Origin: an uncultured Candidatus Rokubacteria bacterium
Lineage (GTDB): Bacteria > Methylomirabilota > Methylomirabilia > Rokubacteriales > CSP1-6
Assembly (NCBI GenBank): GCA_963758635.1
Contig: CAVWWD010000003.1
Span: 448,001-512,000 of the forward strand
Reading direction: 5' to 3'
Length of the DNA stretch: 64,000 nucleotides
Made by a program: the position numbers and the translations under genes. The notes beneath the pieces are model-generated. The model was not told the DNA's origin. It did no database searches and saw only the letters and a program-made list of their open reading frames with translations. Below, piece after piece: positions 10,034-20,581 of the stretch (positions are counted from its first letter, which is position 1; each line of letters opens with the position of its first letter).

Positions 10034-11522
10034 TCAGCGGCGGGCCTCGAAGTCGATGAAGCCGCGCTCGACGTCGGCGCGGACCGAGGCGCGACCCGCA
10101 CGTGGTCGCCCACGTCGAGGCCGGCGGCGCCCCGCTCGACCCTGCCCTCGGCCGGCGGGCGCGCTGATGCGCACCCAGGTGCCCTTGTCGGCGGCGCCGG
10201 TGACGATGCCCGTCGAACGCCTCGCCGATGCGGTCGTCGAGGAGCAGGGCGGCGGCCGCCGACTTGCGCACCTGCCGCTCGACCTTGGTCGCGGCGTCTT
10301 CCTTCTCCGTGCAGTGGCGGGCGAGCGCCGTCCAGCTCCTCGCGCGCCGTAGGGCGGGCGGCCGCCGCGCGAGCGCCGCCTTGAGCAGGCGCTGGGTGAT
10401 CAGGTCCGGGAAGCGGCGGTTGGGCGCGGTGGCGTGCGTGTAGTCGCGCACGGCGAGGCCGAAGTGGCCGTCGCCGCTCGCCGGGCGCTCGACCGCGTAC
10501 TCGCCCTTGCCGAGCAGCTTGACGACCTCAAGGAGAGGTCGGGGAAGCGCTCGGGGTCGGCCTCGCGGCGCCGCAGCAGGAACCCTGGAGGGCGCGCCGG
10601 CGTCGGGCGCCGCGGGCAGCCTCTCGCCCGTACTCGGCGGCCAGGGCCACGATGCGGTCCCAGCGCTCGGGCGTGCGCAGCACGCGGCGGAGCGAGGCGA
10701 CGCCGCTGTCGGTCGAGGAAGCGCGGCGGTCACGCGGCGTTGGCCGCGATCATGAAGTCCTCGATGAGCTGCCTTGGCGCGGTTCTTCTCGTCGGGCTGG
10801 AGGTCGGCCAGCACGTCGCCGTCGAAGACGGCGCGCGCCTCGCATGGCTGGCCAGCGCGAGCGCGCCCGTGTCGTGGCGGCGCGGCCTTCAGCGTCTGGG
10901 CGACGCGCGTCTTGCAGGCGCAGCGCGGCCGTCGAGCCCCGGCACGGCCGCCAGCGGCGGGCGGAAGGCGGGCCGGCGCCGTCGAGCCAGGCGGCCACCG
11001 CGTTGTAGGCGAGCTTGGCGCGGTTCAGCGACGCGGGCGCGGTAGACGTCGCCGCCTGCCACCGCGCCCGTCCGCGGCGACGCGCATGTCGACCACCACG
11101 GCGAGCCGCTCCTGGTCCTGGTTCAGCGAGGTCAGGTCGGTGGACAGGCGCTCGGGCAGCATGGGGAAGACGCGGCCGGCCGTGTAGACCGAGGTCGTGT
11201 TGCTGCGGGCGTGGGCGTCGAGCGCGGAGCCCTTCGGCACCGCGGCGTCCACGTCGGCGATGGCCACAGGATGCGCGCGGCCGCGGCCGCCAGCTCCACC
11301 GCGGCTGAGCTGGTCGAGGTCGCGCGAGTCGTCGTTGTCGATCGAGCACCAGAGCAGCGAGCGGAGATCCTTCACGGCCGAGGCGCCGGCATCCGACTGG
11401 CCGGTCAGGGCGCGCGCCTCGGCCTGCGCGGCGGCCGAGAACTCGGGCTCGAGGCCCCGCGCGAGCATCGCGCGGCGCGCGATGTCACGGAGTCGCTGGC
11501 GGGCGGAGGCGTGGAGACGCAT
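10034..11522 (-). CDS. RNB-domain exoribonuclease (RNase II/R family); multiple frameshifts
   Basis: SIDNDDSRDLDQL, HFGLAVRDYTHATAPNRRFPDL, VERGFIDF spread over several frames. Confidence 0.85.
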
Positions 11523-11837
11523 GAGCGCGAACGGACGTTCCGATGATACACCCCGCCGCGCGCCCGGCGGCCGCGGGGGCTCGACCGGAGCTCGAGGGCG
11601 CGTCTCCTCACGTGTGCCGCAGTTCGCGGCGGCTGTCGATTCCGGGCGGCGCCGTTCGACCTATGGATAGAATCTGGCCGAGGCGGAGCGAGGTTGGCGG
11701 CGCGCTGGCGACGCGCGAGGCCGCGGGTCGGATCCGGTTTCGGGGTGCGGAAGAAGGGCGAGACGCGCGAGGCCGCGGACGCGCGGGGTTTGGCCGCGGA
11801 GTCGGACCCAGACTGCGTTGCCTGGAAAAGGGGACAC

Positions 11838-12955
11838 ATGAGTCGAGTACGGGTGCTGGTGGGGACGCGCAAGGGCGCGTTCATCCTGACGTTGGACGGC
11901 AAGCGCAGCCACTGGGACGTGAGCGGCCCGCACTTCGGCGGGTGGGAGATCTACCATCTCAAGGGGTCGCCCGCCGATCCGGATCGGCTGTACGCATCGC
12001 AGTCGAGCGGCTGGTTCGGCCAGGTCATCCAGCGCTCCGGAGACGGCGGCAAGACCTGGGAGGCGGTGGGCAACAAGTTCGCGTACGAGGGCGTGACCGG
12101 CACGCATCTCTGGTACGACGGCACGCCGCACCCGTGGGAGTTCGCCCGCGTCTGGCATCTCGAGCCCTCCCTGACGGATCCCGACACCGTCTACGCCGGC
12201 GTCGAGGATGCCGCGCTCTTCCGATCCACGGACGCGGGACAGACGTGGCAGGAGCTGCCGGGGCTCCGCACGCACGCCTCGGCCTCCTTGTGGCAACCGG
12301 GGGCGGGCGGGATGTGCCTGCACACGATCCTGCTCGATCCGCGGGGGTCCCGGGCGCATGTTCGTCGCCATCTCGGCGGCGGGCGCCTTCCGCAGCGAGG
12401 ACGGCGGCACGACCTGGCGGCCCGTGAACCGCGGCCTCACGTCCGAGGGCATTCCCGACCCCAAGGCCGAGGTCGGCCACTGCGTCCACCGCATCGCCAT
12501 GCACCGCTCGCGCCCCGACGTGCTGTTCATGCAGAAGCACTGGGACGTGATGCGGAGCGACGACGCGGCGGAGTCGTGGAAGGAGGTCAGCGGCGGCCTG
12601 CCCAGCGACTTCGGCTTCCCGATCGACGTGCACGCGCACGAGCCCGAGACGATCTACGTCGTGCCCATCAAGAGCGACTCCGAGCACTACCCGCCGGACG
12701 GCAAGCTGCGCGTGTACCGGAGCCGCACGGGCGGGCAACGAGTGGGAGCCGCTCACCCGCGGGCTGCCGCAGAGCCACTGCTACGTGAACGTGCTCCGCG
12801 ACGCCATGGCCGTGGACACGCTCGATCCGTGCGGCGTGTACTTCGGCACGACCGGCGGCCAGGTCTACGCCTCCGCGGACTCGGGCGATAGCTGGGCGCC
12901 GATCGTGCGCGACCTGCCCGCGGTCGTATCGGTGGAGGCGCAGACGCTGCCATGA
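11838..12955 (+). CDS. BNR/Asp-box beta-propeller protein (exo-alpha-sialidase-like); frameshifts near 12345 and 12738
   Basis: [10 protein letters not shown], repeated SxDxGxTW boxes. Confidence 0.88.
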
Positions 12956-13248
12956 TCCGCGTGGTGCTGCCCGCGCATCTCCGCACGCTCGCGCGCGTGG
13001 ACTCCGAGGTGAAGCTGGAGGTCGAAGGGCCGGTGACCCAGCGAACCGTGCTGGACGCCCTGGAGGCGCGCTACCCGATGCTGCGCGGGACCATCCGGGA
13101 CCAGGTCACGGGCAAGCGCCGCGCGTTCCTGCGCTTCTTCGCCTGCGAGGAGGACCTGTCCCACGAGTCGCCGGACGCGCCGCTGCCCGAGGCCGTCGCC
13201 GAGGGCGCCGAGGCCTTCCTGGTGGTCGGCGCCATGGCGGGCGGCTGA
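12952..13248 (+). CDS. MoaD/ThiS ubiquitin-like protein
   Basis: 98 aa beta-grasp pattern ending AMAGG; ATGA overlap with upstream gene. Confidence 0.9.
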   Translation: MIRVVLPAHLRTLARVDSEVKLEVEGPVTQRTVLDALEARYPMLRGTIRDQVTGKRRAFLRFFACEEDLSHESPDAPLPEAVAEGAEAFLVVGAMAGG

Positions 13249-13287
13249 TCGCATGCACCGCGAGGACGCGCCGCCCGGAGGCCCACG

Positions 13288-13665
13288 ATGAACGTCGCGC
13301 TCTGGATCGTGCAGGGTCTGCTCGCCGCGCTGTTCCTGTTCGCGGGAGTGATGAAGCTCGTCGTCTCGCTCGACGCCATGCAGGGGCCCGTGCCGCTGCC
13401 CGGCGCGTTCCTCCGGTTCATCGGCGTGGCGGAGACGCTCGGGGGCCTCGGTCTCCTGCTGCCCGGGCTGCTCGGGATCGCCCCCTGGCTCACGCCGCTG
13501 GCCGCCCTCGGGCTCGTCGTCATCATGGCCGGCGCGACGGCCGTCACCCTCGCCGGGGGCGACCTCCTGACATCGCTGATCCCCCTGCTCGTTGGTGTGG
13601 CCGCCGCCTTCGTCGCCTACGGCCGCCGGCGCCTCGCTCCGCACCGCGTCCGCGCCTCCCGCTGA
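13288..13665 (+). CDS. DoxX family membrane protein
   Basis: LWIVQGLLAALFLFAGVMKL, FIGVAETLGGLGLLLP. Confidence 0.88.
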   Translation: MNVALWIVQGLLAALFLFAGVMKLVVSLDAMQGPVPLPGAFLRFIGVAETLGGLGLLLPGLLGIAPWLTPLAALGLVVIMAGATAVTLAGGDLLTSLIPLLVGVAAAFVAYGRRRLAPHRVRASR

Positions 13666-13768
13666 AGCGCGGACGCAGCAGCCTGCTCATGACCCTCGCA
13701 GAATTCGGTCGCCGACACGGGCCTCTACAGTCCTACCGCTCGGCATTGGTCTGATGCGCTGAGGCTTA

Positions 13769-15226
13769 CTAGCTGGGCCGCACCACCACGTAGAGGGCCG
13801 AGCCCTCGCGCTCCACGCGCAGCAGCACCTGCTGCGGATTGCGCGCGACGTTCTTCTTCACGTCGGCCGGGCTCGCGACCGGCACCCGGTTCACCTCCCG
13901 GATGACGTCGCCCTGGCTCACCCCGGCCTCGGCCGCCGGCGAGCCGGGCTGCACCTCGGTCACCACCACGCCCTTCGGATCGGTCACGCCGAGGCGCCTG
14001 GCGCTCTCCGGCGTCAGCGGCTCGATGCTCATCCCGAGCTCACCGGTCCGGGCTGCCGCCGGAGCCGAGGCGGCGGCCCGGCGCTCGTCCTTGAGCGGCG
14101 CCACGGTCACACGCAGGGGCTGCGCGCGTCCGTCGCGGACCACGCTCAGCTCCACGTTCTTGCCGGTCGCGGTGCCCGCCACGATCGTGGACAGCGCCCG
14201 CGGGCTGTCGACCGCCTTGCCGTCGAAGCGCACGATCACGTCACCGGGACGGACCCCGGCGCGAGCGGCCGGCGAGTCCTCGGCGACCGACGCCACCAGC
14301 GCTCCGTCCCGACCGCTCAGACCGAAGGACGTTGCCAGCTCCGGCGTGATGGGCTGGATCGAGACGCCCAGCCAGCCGCGGCTCACGCGACCTTCCGCGC
14401 GGAGCTGCTGCACGATGGGCTGGGCCAGGTCCATGGGAATCGCGAAGCCGATGCCCTGGAAGCCGCCACCGCGACTGGCGATGGCCGTCGCGATCCCGAT
14501 GACCTGGCCGCGCGTGTTGATGAGCGGACCGCCGGAGTTGCCGGGGTTGATCGCGGCGTCCGTCTGCAGGAAGTCGTCGTAGCGCCCCGCGCCGATGACG
14601 CGGCCGGTGGCGCTGATGATGCCCACCGTCACCGTGTGGTCGAGCCCGAACGGGCTGCCGATCGCCATGATCGGCTCGCCGACCTTGAGCTCCGCGGAGC
14701 GGCCGAGAGGAAGCGCCGGGAGCCCGGTCGCCTCGACCTTGAGCAGCGCCAGGTCGGTCTCGGGATCGGTGCCCACGACCTTGCCGGTGAGGGTCCGGCC
14801 GCTGTCGAGCGTGACCTCGATGGTCTGCGCGCCGTCCACGACGTGATGGTTCGTCACGATGTACCCGGAGGGATCGACGATGAACCCGGAGCCGAGCCCG
14901 CGACGCTGGCCGCGCGGCGTGTCGGGCGGGACGTCGCGGCTGCCCGGAGGCAGGAACCGCCGGAAGGCCTCGGGGAGGCCGCCCTCGCCGCGGGTGCTCT
15001 CGGTCTTCACCCGGACGTTGACGACGGCTGGCCGGGCCGACTCGGCGAGACGGATCCAGGGGTAGCCCTCGGGGAGAGCCACCGCGTTCACGGGGGCCGC
15101 GGCGACGCCGGCGGACGCGTGGGGCGCCGCCGGATACGCGCCGGGAAGGGTCGCGAACAGGGAGATCAGCGTCAGGCTGGCGATCACGGGCACGAGACGC
15201 GCGGCTTTCATCGCGCTACGTCGCAT
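13769..15226 (-). CDS. Do/DegQ family periplasmic serine endoprotease
   Basis: GSGFIV, TNHHV, DLALLK, DAAINPGNSGGPL, two PDZ domains, signal peptide. Confidence 0.95.
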   Translation of the reverse strand: MRRSAMKAARLVPVIASLTLISLFATLPGAYPAAPHASAGVAAAPVNAVALPEGYPWIRLAESARPAVVNVRVKTESTRGEGGLPEAFRRFLPPGSRDVPPDTPRGQRRGLGSGFIVDPSGYIVTNHHVVDGAQTIEVTLDSGRTLTGKVVGTDPETDLALLKVEATGLPALPLGRSAELKVGEPIMAIGSPFGLDHTVTVGIISATGRVIGAGRYDDFLQTDAAINPGNSGGPLINTRGQVIGIATAIASRGGGFQGIGFAIPMDLAQPIVQQLRAEGRVSRGWLGVSIQPITPELATSFGLSGRDGALVASVAEDSPAARAGVRPGDVIVRFDGKAVDSPRALSTIVAGTATGKNVELSVVRDGRAQPLRVTVAPLKDERRAAASAPAAARTGELGMSIEPLTPESARRLGVTDPKGVVVTEVQPGSPAAEAGVSQGDVIREVNRVPVASPADVKKNVARNPQQVLLRVEREGSALYVVVRPS

Positions 15227-15467
15227 CGGGGTCTCCTCGCATATATGGTGGTCTGGAAGGACGCCGGGAGCGGACGAGCAGGGCGGCGCCCCGGGCGCCT
15301 CACGGCCTGTCTGACGCGGCGGTCGGCGCGGTTGTTCACGGGCCGCGCCAGGCGTGGGACCCGGCAGGGACGCCCCGCCGCCATCCCGCCGCCGGCCGTC
15401 GGACGCCCGGCCGGAATCGGGTGCGGGCCGGGCCCGAAAGGCGCTATCCTGGCGCGGATTCCCGAAC

Positions 15468-16730
15468 ATGAGCCCCACCTCGTCGATCGATCGCCAGACG
15501 CGCATGGCCGCGGTCGTCTTCGCGGACCTCGTCGGTTTCTCGAAGAAGTCCGTCCCTGACCAGCTCGCCGCCAAGGAAGCCCTCACCGTCGTCCTGCAGC
15601 GCCTGGTCTCTCCGTATCCGCGGGAGAGTCGCGTCGTGCTCGACACCGGGGACGGGGCCGCGGTGGGTTTCCTCGTGAGCCCCGAGTACGCGCTGGGGCT
15701 GGCGCTCCGGCTCCGCCACGAGATCGACGGGGCGCCGCCGGAGGCCCTGCTGCACCCGCACGACCTTCGACTCGGGATCAACCTCGGACCGCTCAAGGTG
15801 GTCACCGACGTGAACGGCCACCCGAACCTCGTCGGGGAGGGGATCAACTCGGCGGAGCGCATCATGAGCTTCGCCGGGCCGGGCGACACCACCGCGTCGC
15901 GCAGCTTCCAGGAAGCCGTGTACTACCTGGACGCCAGCTTCCAGAGCCTGTTCGAGCCGGTCGGCATGCGCGCCGACAAGCACGGGCGCGAGCACGAGGT
16001 GTTCCGGCTGACCTCGTCGAAGCCGGCGATCGAGGCGGCGCTCGAGAGCCTGGGCACGGCGCACGGGACGACGGTCGCCACGCGCGGGGCGGCGGCGCGC
16101 ATGGCGTCCGCGGCAGCGGCCACCATCCAGCGCGGGCCCGCGCGCGTGTCCCGCCTCGTCACGCCGGTGCGGATCGGCATCGTCGCGGGCGCCCTCGTCG
16201 TCGTGGCCGCGGTGTCGTGGCAGGCCTGGTCGCTCCGCCAGCCGACGCGCGACGCGCCCTCGGCGGCGAGCGTCGAGCCCCGGCCGCCTGCGCCCTCGCG
16301 CGCGGAGCCGAGCCCGGCGGCGCCGGCCGCGAGCGTCGAGCCGCGCCCGGCGCCGCCCCCGCCGACGCCCGTGGCCACGACCACGCCGGCGGCCGAGCCG
16401 CCGAAGGCCGCGCCCGAGCCCGCGCCGGCGTCGCCTGCCGTCGCGCCACCGCCGCCTCCGGCCGCCGCCACGCCCACGGCGGAGCGGCGTCCCGCGCAGG
16501 ATCCCGCGTCCGGCAAGCGCGCGAAGGCCGCGCCGGCCACGCCTCGAAGCGCGATGGCGGGATCCACGGCGCCCGCGCCGCCCGCGGCGAGGGAGACGCC
16601 GCAAGACACGGCAGGTGGCGAGGCGCCGCACCGGACCTCGCAGAGATGCTCCCGACTCCTTCAGCGCGCCGCCGTCGGTGAGGCCCTTACCCCGGCGGAG
16701 CAGCGCGAGCTGAGTGGCTCATGTCGCTAG
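15468..16730 (+). CDS. Class III nucleotidyl cyclase with TM helix and Pro/Ala-rich tail
   Basis: VFADLVGFS, TGDG, LRLGINLGP, GEGINSAERIMS. Confidence 0.85.
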   Translation: MSPTSSIDRQTRMAAVVFADLVGFSKKSVPDQLAAKEALTVVLQRLVSPYPRESRVVLDTGDGAAVGFLVSPEYALGLALRLRHEIDGAPPEALLHPHDLRLGINLGPLKVVTDVNGHPNLVGEGINSAERIMSFAGPGDTTASRSFQEAVYYLDASFQSLFEPVGMRADKHGREHEVFRLTSSKPAIEAALESLGTAHGTTVATRGAAARMASAAAATIQRGPARVSRLVTPVRIGIVAGALVVVAAVSWQAWSLRQPTRDAPSAASVEPRPPAPSRAEPSPAAPAASVEPRPAPPPPTPVATTTPAAEPPKAAPEPAPASPAVAPPPPPAAATPTAERRPAQDPASGKRAKAAPATPRSAMAGSTAPAPPAARETPQDTAGGEAPHRTSQRCSRLLQRAAVGEALTPAEQRELSGSCR

Positions 16731-18002
16731 CCTGGTTCCGCTCCACCGCCACCGTCGGCGCATGGCTCGTGGCCGTCGTCCTTCTCGCCCCGGGATGCGC
16801 CACGCCCCCGCCGCCGCCTCCTCCACCCGCCCCGGCGCCGGAGCCGCCGCCTCCGCCCCCGCCGTTGCCGGAGCGGCCCGCGACCCCGAGGTCGGACCTC
16901 ACGTTCGAGCAGGGCATCGCGTTCGCCGTGGACGACCTGTTCATCCAGCTCCAGCGGCTGCCCGCGTTCGCGCCGCGCGCCCCCGGCAAGGAGGAGGCGA
17001 AGCGGAGCGTCATCGTGGTCGACACGATCATCGACGCGGCGACCGGGCAGCAGACCCAGGCGACCCAGCTCGCGGAGCGACAGCTCTACGCGCGCACCCG
17101 CGACAAGTTCCAGCAGTTCGAGGTCCTCGCCGCCACGTCGGACAACCTCAAGCGCGCCGAGTACGTCGTCACCGCGGCGATGACGCCGTCGAAGGAGCGA
17201 GCGCGGCGTCTACCGCCTGGCCATGGCCATGACGGAGCTCCGCGCCGGGCTCGTCGTCGCCCAGGCCGTGGCGCGCATCCGCGACGACGGCGTGGACGTC
17301 ACGCCGACGCCGTTCTATCGGGACAGCCCGGCGGTGGCCAAGGACCGCGTCATCGAGGGCCAGATCCGGACCTCCGAGACGGCGGCCCAGAAGCCGGCCG
17401 ACAGCGTGTACATCGAGCGCCTGCCGACCAACGCCCTCATGAACGAGGGCCTCACCGCGTTCAACAACGGCGCCTTCGCCGAGGCCCTGCCGTACTACGA
17501 GGAGGCGGCCAAGCGCGTCGACGGCCAGCAGCTCCGCGTCTACAACGGCCTCTACATGATCTACTGGAACCTCAACCGCGCCGGCGACGCCGAGACCGCG
17601 TTCGGGAAGATCGCGGCCATCGGGCTCGCCACCAACAACCTCGCCGTCAAGTTCCTGTTCCGGCCGGGGGGCACCGACTTCTGGGCCGACACCAAGATCA
17701 GCGGCGCATACCCGATCTGGCTCCGCCAGCTCGCCCGCCAGACCGCGTCGGCGCGGGCGTGCCTGCGCGTGATCGGTCACACGAGCCGCACCGGCTCCGA
17801 GCAGATCAACGAGCGGCTGTCGCTCCGCCGGGCCGAGGTCATCCGGCAGCGGCTGCTCGCCGAGGTCCGCGATCCGGCGCTGCGCATCGAGACCGCCGGC
17901 GTCGGCTCCCGCGAGAACCTCATCGGCAGCGGGACCGACGACCAGGGCGACGCGCTGGACCGGCGGGTGGAGTTCCGGGTCGTCCAGTGCGGGGCCGGGT
18001 GA
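16721..18002 (+). CDS. OmpA-family lipoprotein; frameshift near 17200
   Basis: Lipobox LAPGC, C-terminal GHTS...NERLSLRRA...DRRVEF. Confidence 0.85.
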
Positions 18003-18114
18003 CGCGCACGAGCGACATCCGCCCGCCCGAGGAAGTGGGGCGCTTCAAGGCGCGCCGCTCGACGTCGCCGCGCTCCTTGCGCTCCTTGACGAGATCCTGA
18101 CCGCGCGCGCCTGA
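17999..18114 (+). pseudogene. Possible Ser/Thr kinase remnant
   Basis: GTGA-coupled start VTRTSDIRPPEEVGRFK, then in another frame PLDVAALLALLDEILTA. Confidence 0.35.
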
Positions 18115-18125
18115 GGGCGGCGGCG

Positions 18126-18658
18126 TCACCCGGCGATCACGCCGCAGGCGATCCGCGCTCCGCTCCCGCCCGAGGGGTCGGTCTTCTGGTCGTCGGCTCC
18201 GCGTGGATGACGATCGCCGTCCCGCCGGGACGGAGCAGCGAGCTCGGGCCGCCGTCGAGGGTCAGGGTGCTGCTGGTGCGCTCCACGCGGCCTTCCCCGT
18301 TCCCGCCCACCACGAGGTCCGGGAGGTCACCGGCGTGCGCGCCCTCGGGGTTCTGCTGACCGTGCTTCTTGCCCGTCGGGTTCAGGTGCGCGCCGGCCGA
18401 CTCGAACGCCGGCGGCTGGCAGCTCCCGACCGCGTGGATGTGGAGACCGTGCGTCCCGGGCGGGAGCTGCCGCCCCGTCACCACGACGCGCACCCCGTCG
18501 CGCGTCTCCGTGAAGGTGGCGCGCCCCACGGGCTGCTGCGCGCTGTCGACGATGCGCGCCTCCGCGGTACGGCGCGGGCCCGCGCCATCGCCTGTTCCCC
18601 CCGCGCATCCGCCGATCAGGACCGCCGCGCCCACGATCACGAGCTTGTTCATGGCCAT
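18126..18658 (-). CDS. sodC: Cu/Zn superoxide dismutase (lipoprotein); frameshift near 18200
   Basis: HGLHIH, SAGAHLNP, HAGDLPDL, VIHA, DPSGGSGARIACGVI. Confidence 0.92.
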
Positions 18659-18858
18659 CACCTCTCTGACAGCCAGGAAAGGCAAGGCACGTGCCACGCC
18701 CGCGGGCGGCCGGCGGCGTCTGCGAAGTGAGCGGTTTGCCGTGGCGGGACGATCGTGGCGGCGCGGCCGTCGCGGGCCCCGGGGCCTTTTCACCGCGTCG
18801 TTTCGGCCGAGTGGAGCGCGGGCGGCGGGCGCGGCTCCGGCGCCCGCCGCCCGGGCCG

Positions 18859-20385
18859 TCACTTCGCCTTGAGCTTCAGGTCCTCGTAGGGGGCGGAGTA
18901 CGCGTGGCCGGCAATGAGGCCGAGCCCGGACTCCTGGACGCGCGGGCCCACCCCGTTGATGAAGGCGAGCTCCCAGATCGGGATGTGCATCACCTTCTCG
19001 TACATGAGCTGCTGGATCTTGTGCAGCAGGGCCTCGCGCTTCTTCCTGTCCAGCTCCGCGGCCTGGTCCTTGAAGAGCGCGTCGATGTCCGAGTAGCTGC
19101 CGTAGACGTACGCGCCGCCCGCGACCACGAAGGACTCGAGCCGCGTGGCCGCGTTGCCGAACGCGCCGCTCGCCGTGTACGCGAGGTTCTTGTACTTCTT
19201 GTCGCCGTAGCTGCTCCAGTGCGCCGCGCGCTCGATCGGCTTGAGCCGCGTGCGGATGCCGACCTGCTGCAGGTAGTTCGCGACGGCCTCCTGCACGTTG
19301 GCATACGCGATGTCCAGGTAGTAGTCGCCCGCGTCGAAGCCGTTCGGGTAGCCCGCCTCGGCGAGGAGCTTCTTGGCCTGCGCCACGTCGAACGGATAGG
19401 CCGGAGGCGCCCAGTAGAAGTCGAAGGTGCTCGGGATGATGCTGTGGGTGAGCCTCGAATGGCCGAGGGTGATCGCCTGGTTGATCGTCTTTCGGTCCAC
19501 CGCGAGGTTGGCGGCGAGGCGGACGCGCCGGTCGTGCCACGGCGACTTCGTGTCCCACTGATCGAGCAGGCTGATCCACTGCGGGGCCTGGATGACCGTG
19601 GGCTTGAGGGTGAGCCCAGGGGTCCGCTGGAGCTCCTCGGCCAGTTCCCCGCGGATCGAGTACACGACGTCGACCTCGCCGCGTTTGAGGGCGGCCAGGC
19701 GCGTGGACTCGTCGGAGATGACCTTGAACACGAGGCGCTTGACGCTCGGGGTCTTGCGCCAGTAGCCCTCGAACGCCTCCATGACCAGCTCGACGCCGGG
19801 CGTGAACGAGACGAACTTGTACGGCCCCGCCCCGACCGGCGCCTTCTTGAAGGCCTCGTCGCCGACCTTCTCCACGTGCTTCTTCGGCACGATCCAGCCC
19901 GCGCCGCTCGCCGCGGTGTAGAAGGTCATGAAGTCCGGCCACGGGGTCTTCAGCCGGAAGCGGACGTGCAGCGGGGTCGGCGTCTCGATCGCGGCCACCC
20001 GGTCCTTGATGGCCTTCGCGGCCGCGCCGCGATAGCGGTCGAACGAGAACTTCACGTCCTCGGCGGTGAGGGGATCACCGTTGTGGAACTTCACGCCCTT
20101 GCGCAGCGTGAAGTCGTAGACGCGGCCGTCGGCCGACACCTGCCAGGACTCGGCGAGCCCGGGCGCGGTCGCGTTGCCGGGCATGGCCTTGGCGATCGCG
20201 TCGTGGATCGCGTACATGACCATGAACGGCGTGATGAGCCCCTGGGTCTCCGCGGGGTCGAACCACGTCGGGGCCAGGGAGATGTGGACGCCCCACGTCA
20301 TCTGCCCTTCGGGCGCGGCCGCCGCCGGCGCGGCCACGGCCAGGAGTACGAGCAGGACGCAGGGGAGGAGACGGAGAGGACGCAT
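18859..20385 (-). CDS. Peptide/nickel-type ABC substrate-binding protein (family 5)
   Basis: LAESWQVS..YDFTLRKGVKFHNGDPLTAEDVKFS, PVGAGPYKF. Confidence 0.92.
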   Translation of the reverse strand: MRPLRLLPCVLLVLLAVAAPAAAAPEGQMTWGVHISLAPTWFDPAETQGLITPFMVMYAIHDAIAKAMPGNATAPGLAESWQVSADGRVYDFTLRKGVKFHNGDPLTAEDVKFSFDRYRGAAAKAIKDRVAAIETPTPLHVRFRLKTPWPDFMTFYTAASGAGWIVPKKHVEKVGDEAFKKAPVGAGPYKFVSFTPGVELVMEAFEGYWRKTPSVKRLVFKVISDESTRLAALKRGEVDVVYSIRGELAEELQRTPGLTLKPTVIQAPQWISLLDQWDTKSPWHDRRVRLAANLAVDRKTINQAITLGHSRLTHSIIPSTFDFYWAPPAYPFDVAQAKKLLAEAGYPNGFDAGDYYLDIAYANVQEAVANYLQQVGIRTRLKPIERAAHWSSYGDKKYKNLAYTASGAFGNAATRLESFVVAGGAYVYGSYSDIDALFKDQAAELDRKKREALLHKIQQLMYEKVMHIPIWELAFINGVGPRVQESGLGLIAGHAYSAPYEDLKLKAK

Positions 20386-20581
20386 CGATCGAACCTCCTG
20401 TTCTCTGACTGCGATTCGCAACGGGTCGAGCACGGAAACGAATCCCCGGACGGCCATCGTCCGGGGAGCCCGGCGCGGGCGCCCGCGCCGGGCTCGATCC
20501 TGCCTGCCGCATCGTCCAACGTCAAGGCGCGCGGGCCGGCCGGGCCGCCGCGCGCAGGTCTTCAGGACGCCTCGCGACGCG

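Noticed and set aside
8019..10814. Apparent RNase II-glycosyltransferase fusion (931-aa ORF)
   Set aside because: Frameshift artefact: the RNB gene has its own stop at 10034 and the GT starts near 9968
13675..13690. GCAGCCTGCT shared with about 57637, resembling an IS/MITE end
   Set aside because: A 10-bp match is not distinguishable from chance
15468..16730. Complete Pycsar system
   Set aside because: No cNMP-binding effector gene nearby; the architecture is membrane receptor-like
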